Assembly (NCBI GenBank): GCA_046758705.1
Contig: JBHIAT010000027.1
Location: forward strand, 1-29,161
Direction: 5' to 3'
From: Candidatus Bipolaricaulia bacterium
GTDB taxonomy: Bacteria > Bipolaricaulota > Bipolaricaulia > JBHIAT01
Length of the DNA: 29,161 bases
This document shows positions 10,408-16,928 of this stretch, piece by piece. The translations under genes were made by a program, and so were the position numbers. Under the pieces are notes generated by a model. The model had not been told where the DNA came from. It searched no databases and worked only from the letters and a program-made list of their open reading frames with translations. Position 1 is the stretch's first letter; every line of letters starts with the position of its first letter.

Positions 10408-10710
10408 TTAGCGGCCCATAGCTTTACTTGACTTGTATCGCCTTGCCGCCTCACGTAGACGAGTGCTAGGTGTAGGAGATTCAATGAGAGCCTGTACAAA
10501 GGCTTCGCGATCACGCTTAGTGAGGCTCATTGTCTCGTGTTCTTCCAAAGCAAGCTTTGCTGCTTCCCGGGCAGCACTAATCACGAAATCTGTCATTGAG
10601 CTACCATTGAAAGCGGCAGCTCGCTTAATCAGTTCTTTCTGGTCTGCTGTTATCCGCAGATCCAAGCGAGCCTTCTTTGCCGTATTGTCTTGTACTCTAG
10701 AGATGGACAT
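10408..10710 (-). CDS. DUF1778 RHH antitoxin (AtaR/TacA-like)
   Basis: ARLDLRIT..QKELIKRAAA..G.S.TDFV..AA motif. ATG at 10710 with AGGAG SD. Confidence 0.9.
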   Translation of the reverse strand: MSISRVQDNTAKKARLDLRITADQKELIKRAAAFNGSSMTDFVISAAREAAKLALEEHETMSLTKRDREAFVQALIESPTPSTRLREAARRYKSSKAMGR

Positions 10711-10738
10711 AATCAACTCCTTTCTGACCGTTGCTGAG

Positions 10739-10828
10739 TTGTACAGCAAGTCTCCGTACCTGTCAAATCCTCTACAAGTACAATTGTACAGCGAATCTCC
10801 GTACATGTCAAGTCCTCTACAAGTACAA
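10739..10828 (-). repeat. 45-bp tandem duplication (41/45 identical) containing the TA promoter and a probable operator in each copy
   Basis: Units 10739-10783 and 10784-10828. On the minus strand each gives TTGACA-17 bp-TACAA(T/C) with GTAC...GTAC half-sites in the spacer/-10. Confidence 0.85.
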
Positions 10829-10930
10829 TCTGGTCAACAGGAATCGGATATAAGCTCTAGGGCTGGGTTTTGGAGGGTTGATTTTTAGAAGTGGGTTGGT
10901 TCTTTATCTTGATTATCCTATGATTATCTT

Positions 10931-11797
10931 ATGATGATGGGCGCGATCAACAAGACGGACAAGCTCGATGCCCGGGGGATCAATCAACTGCAGCGCAGTG
11001 GAACCCTGCCCACCGTGTGGATTCCACCTGCAGAGATCCGCGATGCCCGAGACTTGCCCCGCACACGAATGGTGTTAACTCGGGAACGCACTCGGCTGAA
11101 GAATCGGATCCATGCCACGCTCGCCAAATACGCGCTCACGATTCGCGAGGTGAGCGATATCTTTGGAGTTCGGGGACGCGTTCTGCTTGCAGAACGAATC
11201 GAGCAGTTGCCGCCGCAGACTCAGTATGCCACCGAACGACTCCTGGAGCAACTACGAGCGGTGGATCAACAGATTCAGGCGTTTGAAGAACGGATGGAAG
11301 CGGTCTTCCACCAGACACCCACACCCCAGATCAAGTGGGTGATGAGCTTGCCGGGAGTCGGCTTCATCCTGGGGGTGGTGATCATCTCGGAGGTGGGAGA
11401 CGTCGATCGCTTCCCGAGCGCAGGCCACCTGGCCTCGTATGCGGGGACGACGCCCCGGGTACACGCCAGCGGAGGCAAGGTGCGCCATGGTCGCGTGCGC
11501 CAAGACGTGAACCGCTATCTGAAGTGGGCCTATGTGGAAACAGCGAATGCGGTCTGTCGCCATCGGAATCGGCCCGGTTGGCGACAGCGACATGTCAGTC
11601 AGTTGTATGAGCGAATCAAACGGCGCAAGGGGCATCTCAAGGCGATTGGAGCGGTATCACGGCATCTGGCGGAGGCGACGTACTGGATGCTGAAGAAGGA
11701 GGAAGGCTACCGAGATCCGATGAAGACGAGGACGAGCCAGGCGGTTTCGTCCACGGAGGCGCAAGCGCGGATGAGTCATGAGCCCAGACCCAACTGA
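10931..11797 (+). pseudogene. IS110 family transposase, 5'-truncated
   Basis: Begins at the KTDKLDA motif, so the first D/E of the DEDD domain are missing. [14 protein letters not shown]...SGG and LKWAYVE motifs are present. Confidence 0.85.
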
Positions 11798-11955
11798 ACT
11801 GAGGGGAGAGGCTCGGGTAATGATTGCGATCCGCCTCTGGGACAACCTGATGCTGCTGAGACAGCGAAGAGATGACTCAAAACACATCATCATCCGCGAA
11901 GAGCGCTGCCTGGGAACGAAGGTTACAAGACTTGACTTTGAGTCCCGCTTTATGG
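11798..11955 (+). mobile_element. Probable IS110/IS1111 3' non-coding end (candidate bridge/seek RNA region)
   Basis: ~160 bp non-coding stretch after the transposase with self-complementary segments, ending in CTTGACTTTGAGTCCCGCTTTATG before an AT-rich host promoter region. Exact end is uncertain. Confidence 0.5.
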
Positions 11956-11991
11956 TATATTGCTAAATTGTATATTGTTGACGGTATACAA
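11932..11991 (+). promoter_or_regulatory. Promoter and GntR-type operator of the catabolic cluster
   Basis: TTGACT-18 bp-TATATT with extended TG. Palindrome TTGTATA-N10-TATACAA at 11968-11991; three GTATA half-sites. Confidence 0.55.
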
Positions 11992-12033
11992 AAAATTTTT
12001 GCAAAAATCAGCATCAGAAATCCGAGATTATCT

Positions 12034-12123
12034 ATGGATAATCGCACTTTAAGTCAACAGACCTATGAATACCTGCGTCAGGATATCCTGTCCAATCGCC
12101 TGTAACCTAGCGAGGTCATCATC
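12034..12123 (+). pseudogene. GntR family regulator N-terminal remnant
   Basis: MDNRTLSQQTYEYLRQDILSNRL*PSEVI resembles GntR helix 1 ('L..Q.Y..LR..I....L.PG'). Internal TAA at 12103-12105, and the rest of the gene is missing. Confidence 0.7.
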
Positions 12124-13137
12124 ATGACTCAATTTGGCGTCAACTTGAACAACCGCGAACCGCTCCTGGCGGAAGCGTACCGTGTGGCAGACCTGCTCGA
12201 TCTGTCCGAGGTCGTTGAGCAATCGGGCTTCGACTCGGTCTGGGTCGGTGACAGTCTGTTTTCCAAACCGCGTTACGAACCGCTGCAATTGCTGGCAGCT
12301 ATTTCCCAGCGCACGTCACGGGTCCGTCTGGGCACGGCCTGTCTGGTCACCGCCACGCGCAATCCCCTGTATCTGGCATTGGAATGGGCGACGTTGGACG
12401 TCCTCTCCAACGGGCGCACGATCCTCGGCGCCTGCATGGGAAATCCTGAGGAAGGCGTACGCAGAGAATATCAAGCCCTCAGGCTTGACTTTGCCAAGCG
12501 GGCGAACATCTTCGAAGAGGGGTTGGCGGTGCTACGCGAACTCTGGACTCGCGGCAAGGTGAACTTTCAGGGTGAGTATTTTCAGTACGAGGACGTTCAG
12601 TTTTACTCGGGGACGGAGATGGGGCCGCTATCACCGGTTCAAAAGCCACCGCCCATCTGGGTGGTGAGCAACCCCCGGTTGATTCCGGGTAGCGTGACCG
12701 AGGAAGGCGTACAGCGCATCATTGACCGGGCATCGCGGCGCATCGCTCGATACGGTGACGGCTGGCTGACCTGTTGCCGCGCCCGTCATCCGGAAGAGTT
12801 TCAATCACAACGCAAGCGCATCGCTGAAGCCGTGGCCAAGATCGATCGCGACATCTCCGAGTATGCGATGGCCTACCAGGTGACCATGAACGTCGCAGAC
12901 AGCGAGGTGGAAGCTCAACGCAGCCTCGGGGAGTACATCAGCACCTATTATCCGGAACTCAGTCAGTCTATGGATCTGGGGGAGTGGGGACCCACGGGTA
13001 CGCCAGAACAGATCGCCCAGTGGATCCGCGACTTCCAAGACGCCGGGGTCAACTACTTCATCTGTCGCTTTGGCGCTTTGGATCAGTTCGGCCAGGTCGA
13101 ACGGTTCACAAACGAGGTTTTGCCGTTGGTGAGTTAA
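12124..13137 (+). CDS. LLM-class (luciferase-like) flavin/F420-dependent oxidoreductase
   Basis: GFDSVWVGDS, TSRVRLGT, ATLDVLSNGR, YGDGW, GTPEQ motifs. Confidence 0.9.
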   Translation: MTQFGVNLNNREPLLAEAYRVADLLDLSEVVEQSGFDSVWVGDSLFSKPRYEPLQLLAAISQRTSRVRLGTACLVTATRNPLYLALEWATLDVLSNGRTILGACMGNPEEGVRREYQALRLDFAKRANIFEEGLAVLRELWTRGKVNFQGEYFQYEDVQFYSGTEMGPLSPVQKPPPIWVVSNPRLIPGSVTEEGVQRIIDRASRRIARYGDGWLTCCRARHPEEFQSQRKRIAEAVAKIDRDISEYAMAYQVTMNVADSEVEAQRSLGEYISTYYPELSQSMDLGEWGPTGTPEQIAQWIRDFQDAGVNYFICRFGALDQFGQVERFTNEVLPLVS

Positions 13138-13193
13138 ACTATTAAGAGACATAAAAAACAAAAAGGAGGAAGTCATCGTGAACTACCCACCCC

Positions 13194-14312
13194 CTAAAGG
13201 GGAGCGGGCTTCAACGGCGCAAGGCCGTGGGCTGGTTCCCAACCCGTAGCTTTAGACAGAATCACCAGAGCGGCGTTGAGGTCGCGATCACAGCGGAAGT
13301 CGCAATGAGGACAGTCATGCACACGCAAACTGAGCATCTTAGGAACAAGCTGACCGCACGATGCGCACTGTTGGCTTGTGTAGGCGGGGTTGACCTTTAC
13401 GAGCTTGGACCCGGTTCTCTCTACCTTGTATCCAAGCATCGGTACGAAGGTTCCCCAACCTGCATCGTAGATCGACTTGTTCAGTCCGTTGTGACCGTTG
13501 GCTGTCATGTTCTTGATGTTCAGCTTTTCGACCGCGATCCGGCTAAACTCTTGAGTCAATCGGTGAGACAGCTTGTGCAAGAAGTCCTTGCGTTGACGCT
13601 GGACCTTGGCGTGAAGCTGAGACAGGCGGTTGCGCTGCCGCCGGGACTTACACTTGGAGTACCGTTGTTGGACTGCCTTAAGGCGTTCCTCAGACTGGCG
13701 ATACCAGCGCGGGTTAACGATCTTTTCACCCGTAGACAACGTGGCAAACGACTCCAGGCCCACGTCGATCCCTACAGCGGGACCGGTGTGAGCAGGCGGC
13801 GTTGGGTTGGGGAACTCAAAGCGAAAGGTGACAAACCACTTGCCATCAGCGTGGCGAGTCAGCACCAAGTCTTTGATCTTGGCACCGTCAGGCAAACCAC
13901 GATGCCAGCGAACCTTGATCTCGCCAGCATTTTGGATTCTCAGCCGGTGGTTCTTGGTCAGGCTGGTACCATCGCCAAAACGGAACTCCAGCGAGCGGAA
14001 GCGCGCCAGCGGTTTGAACCGTGGCCGACCCCGCTTGCCGTTGACGAACTCACGGTACACCTTATCCAGCCTGCGAAGCACCTGCTGGCATGCCGAGAAG
14101 TTGAGAACACCGATGTCGGGATGCTCGTTGCGGATCGCTTTGAGGTCCGAAGCCTGATCCAGATACCAGACTGGCTTGCGATACCATCTCCAACACAACA
14201 GACGATGTTCCAGACTGGCGTTGTAGAGCCGCTGGCCCGCCACAAGCAATTGCTCAAGCGCTTGTGCTTGCTTCTTGGTCGGATACAGGCGGTATTGGTA
14301 AGCGCGTTTCAA
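13194..14312 (-). CDS. tnpB: RNA-guided endonuclease TnpB
   Basis: AYQYRLYPT N-terminus, RuvC motifs GIDVG / AVEKL / DRDLNAA, zinc finger CASC..CPHC. Confidence 0.95.
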   Translation of the reverse strand: MKRAYQYRLYPTKKQAQALEQLLVAGQRLYNASLEHRLLCWRWYRKPVWYLDQASDLKAIRNEHPDIGVLNFSACQQVLRRLDKVYREFVNGKRGRPRFKPLARFRSLEFRFGDGTSLTKNHRLRIQNAGEIKVRWHRGLPDGAKIKDLVLTRHADGKWFVTFRFEFPNPTPPAHTGPAVGIDVGLESFATLSTGEKIVNPRWYRQSEERLKAVQQRYSKCKSRRQRNRLSQLHAKVQRQRKDFLHKLSHRLTQEFSRIAVEKLNIKNMTANGHNGLNKSIYDAGWGTFVPMLGYKVERTGSKLVKVNPAYTSQQCASCGQLVPKMLSLRVHDCPHCDFRCDRDLNAALVILSKATGWEPAHGLAPLKPAPL

Positions 14313-14708
14313 TTAAACCTCCGTCTGTTCTTCGATGTAACGTTTGATCGTTTCAGCGGATACGTGCCCAGCGGTTCCAACGTAATAGGTGCGCGTCCAA
14401 AGTTTGCCGCGAATCTGCTGTTCCAGTTGGGGGAATTCATGGCGAAGCCAGCGAGCGGTTGGTCCCTTAAATGCGTTGGCAATCCAAGCAGGAGAATGTC
14501 TTGGCGGTGCGGATACGAACAGGTGAACGTAGTCCGGCATCACTTGGGCTTCCAGAATCTCAAGCTCGTTATTGGCGGCAATGGTCTCGAACATCTCAAG
14601 CAAGCGGTTTTTCACCGAACCCACAAGAATAGGGCGGCGATACTTGGGTATCCACACCAGGTGATAGTTGATATTGTAAACCGTATAGCGTGTTTTCTTC
14701 GCTTGCAT
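14313..14708 (-). CDS. tnpA: IS200-type Y1 transposase TnpA (HUH motif altered to YVH)
   Basis: YHLVWIPKYRR, LWTRTYYVGT, IKRYIEEQ motifs; PDYVH instead of PDHVH. Confidence 0.92.
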   Translation of the reverse strand: MQAKKTRYTVYNINYHLVWIPKYRRPILVGSVKNRLLEMFETIAANNELEILEAQVMPDYVHLFVSAPPRHSPAWIANAFKGPTARWLRHEFPQLEQQIRGKLWTRTYYVGTAGHVSAETIKRYIEEQTEV

Positions 14709-14817
14709 GATCTAAGTATACACGAAACGGAGGTGAAGGTCAAGGGCTTCAGCGCTATCGCGCTGCGGTCAATTCCCCTCGCCCCCTGAACCGGGCGAAT
14801 CCCCTTGACCGTTTTCT

Positions 14818-15816
14818 ATGGATGAGTCTATGCGTAAAGATGCAGAGTTGATTGTGGACATCTGCATGTCCATCGGCAAAGACGAGGCGGTCACGATCAT
14901 CACCGACAATGACCACCTCAAAGAGGCGAATGCGCTGGCTGCGGTCGCGGTCGATCGAGGAGCGTTCCCAGTCATTGCCAACAACGATGCTCAGGTGAGC
15001 CGTGGTCTCAAGGACACGCACTTTCCCATGGCCCCTCCCAAGAACCTCCATCAAGCGATGGTTCACTCGGACACCATCCTGATCATCACCAACCTGGAGT
15101 GGGCCAATCGCTTTGCCCACATCAGCGCGGTCAAAGAGTCGTGTGCAAACAACGCCAAGATCGCGTCGGTGGAGGAGGGAATGGGCTCATGGAATTTGAT
15201 GCAGGAGGACATCCAACAGGCCGTGGACCGCGCGCATAAGGCAGCCGAGATCCTAAATCAGGCGAACCGTGTCCGGGTGACCTCGGCGGTGGGCACCGAC
15301 GTCGAGGTCTCCATCGAGAGACGCCCGGCGCTGGAAGTGATCCCGATCAAGAACCCAGGGGACATGATGGGCCCCCTGCCTCTGTGGACTGAGGTCGCTT
15401 TTGCCGCCGTGGAAGATCAGACCGAAGGCCGCATCGTGGTCGATGGCGTCATGTTGGGGATTGGGGTTCCGGGCGCGGTGAACACGCCGATCGTCTGGGA
15501 GGTCAAGGGAGGCAAAGCCGTGTCGATCGAAGGCGGAGAAGAGGCTGAACGCCTTAAGAACACGATCGAGGGCGTGGACGGCGCGGACATCATCGGTGAG
15601 TTTGCCTTCGGCACGAGCGAAAAAGCTCCGTTCGGCACACCCTCAGAAAAGGGTCGACGAGGAACGATTCACTTCGCCCTCGGCGACAACCACAACGCTT
15701 ACCCCGGTGGCCAAAACGTGAGCACGCTGCACCTCGATGGCGTTGTCCGCGACGGCACGCTCCAGGTCGTGGACACCGGGCAATATATCGTCAAAGATGG
15801 ACAGTGGATGATATGA
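14818..15816 (+). CDS. Peptidase M29-like / NicX-fold metalloenzyme
   Basis: VRVTSAVGTD, EV.FA, EG.IVVDG, IGEFAFGT, GTIHFALGDN, HLDG motifs. Confidence 0.75.
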   Translation: MDESMRKDAELIVDICMSIGKDEAVTIITDNDHLKEANALAAVAVDRGAFPVIANNDAQVSRGLKDTHFPMAPPKNLHQAMVHSDTILIITNLEWANRFAHISAVKESCANNAKIASVEEGMGSWNLMQEDIQQAVDRAHKAAEILNQANRVRVTSAVGTDVEVSIERRPALEVIPIKNPGDMMGPLPLWTEVAFAAVEDQTEGRIVVDGVMLGIGVPGAVNTPIVWEVKGGKAVSIEGGEEAERLKNTIEGVDGADIIGEFAFGTSEKAPFGTPSEKGRRGTIHFALGDNHNAYPGGQNVSTLHLDGVVRDGTLQVVDTGQYIVKDGQWMI

Positions 15817-16190
15817 GCTTGAATCCGAATGAAGTGCAGGTGGTTCGGCTGTCCGAGACGTCCAAAATCGAACTGCCTCAAGGAAGCTGGAGTGCGATGG
15901 TGATCTCCACGGAGCGGGTCTCAGGCAATCAAAGTTCGTTGGGATACTCGGTGTTCACGCCAGGGACGGCGTTGCCGACCGTGAAGCACGAGGTCGAAGA
16001 GGTGGCTATCGTGCTTCAGGGCAGGGGGGAACTGCGCATAGATGGGGATTCCATTCCATATCAGAAGGGCGATGCGCTGTTCATCCCGGCCGGCGTGTGG
16101 CATTCGGTGGTCAATACCGGATCGGAGGACGTCGTGATGGTGTTTGGCTTTCCTCATCCGGAGTATCCACCCACGAAAAGGCGAGAATAA
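15813..16190 (+). CDS. Cupin domain protein
   Basis: HEVEEVAIVLQGRG and GDALFIPAGVWH cupin motifs; ATGA overlap with the previous gene. Confidence 0.88.
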   Translation: MSLNPNEVQVVRLSETSKIELPQGSWSAMVISTERVSGNQSSLGYSVFTPGTALPTVKHEVEEVAIVLQGRGELRIDGDSIPYQKGDALFIPAGVWHSVVNTGSEDVVMVFGFPHPEYPPTKRRE

Positions 16191-16195
16191 CCCCT

Positions 16196-16912
16196 ATGAA
16201 GTCGACTCGGCAACTGCAAACAGAGGTGGCCTGGGCGTGTCGGATCTTGGCGATGGAAAACCAGGGGGATTTGAGCCTGGGACACGTCAGCGCGCGGTAT
16301 GACTCACGGACGGTGTACATGAAGCGGCGAGGGCTGGGACTGGGTGAGGTAACCGCAAACGACGTGATCCCCATAGATCTTCAGGGTCGGCAACTCGAGC
16401 CAGCGGAGAATGGACAGGGTGTACACCTGGAGTTCCCTTTGCATACCGAAGTGTACAAGCTGAGGCCCGATGTGGGGGCGGTGATCCATGCCCACCCCAT
16501 CCACGCGATCGCGTTGGGAGCTACCTCTGAGGAGCTCAAGATGATCAATCACGATGCCGTACTGTTCTATGACGGCTTGCCCCGCTTCAATGACTCACCC
16601 GACCTGATCACCGGTACCGAGCAGGGACAGGCCGTCGCCCGCGCGCTGGGCAGCGCTCGCGCCTTGCTGCTGTGCAACCACGGCACATTGGTTGTTGGCA
16701 AGGATGTGCGCTGGGCGATCGTCACCGCCCTGACCTTGGAAAGAGCGATACAACTGCAGCTGATCGCAACCCGCTTGGGAGATTTGACCCACGTGATCAG
16801 TGCGTCTGAGGCAGAAGCCCTGTTTCCGAAAAAGTACCAGGATGCGTTTATCGATGACTACTGGGAATATCTCATCCGCCGTGCTCGACGTGTGGGAGAG
16901 GATGTCTCATGA
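16196..16912 (+). CDS. Class II aldolase/adducin family protein; candidate 3-hydroxy-2-methylpyridine-4,5-dicarboxylate decarboxylase
   Basis: GHVSAR, E..LH..VY..RPDVGAVIHAH, NHG motifs. The specific function is inferred from context only. Confidence 0.8.
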   Translation: MKSTRQLQTEVAWACRILAMENQGDLSLGHVSARYDSRTVYMKRRGLGLGEVTANDVIPIDLQGRQLEPAENGQGVHLEFPLHTEVYKLRPDVGAVIHAHPIHAIALGATSEELKMINHDAVLFYDGLPRFNDSPDLITGTEQGQAVARALGSARALLLCNHGTLVVGKDVRWAIVTALTLERAIQLQLIATRLGDLTHVISASEAEALFPKKYQDAFIDDYWEYLIRRARRVGEDVS

Positions 16913-16928
16913 GTATGAGGAGGTGGAT

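Larger units (their letters stand above)
13178..14817 (-). mobile_element. IS200/IS605 family element (tnpA + tnpB)
   Basis: Right end ...GAAGCCCGCTCCCCTTTAGGGGGTGGGTAGTTCAC at 13178. Left-end hairpin GTCAAGGGG...GAATTGAC near 14767-14809. Removing 13178-14817 restores GGAGG-N8-ATG; no target duplication. Confidence 0.85.

Noticed and set aside
10739-10828. Possible CRISPR mini-array
   Set aside because: Two directly abutting units with no spacer and no cas genes; explained as a promoter duplication.
10910-10931. 11-bp tandem repeat TGATTATC(C/T)TA at the IS110 truncation point
   Set aside because: Too short and low in complexity to assign a function; IS110 elements do not typically make such target duplications.
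13227-14789. 520-aa plus-strand ORF
   Set aside because: Antisense shadow of tnpA/tnpB with no recognisable motifs.
14818-15816. Direct call as NicX 2,5-dihydroxypyridine dioxygenase
   Set aside because: Has Glu where NicX has a His ligand as I recall it; kept only as a fold-level relationship.
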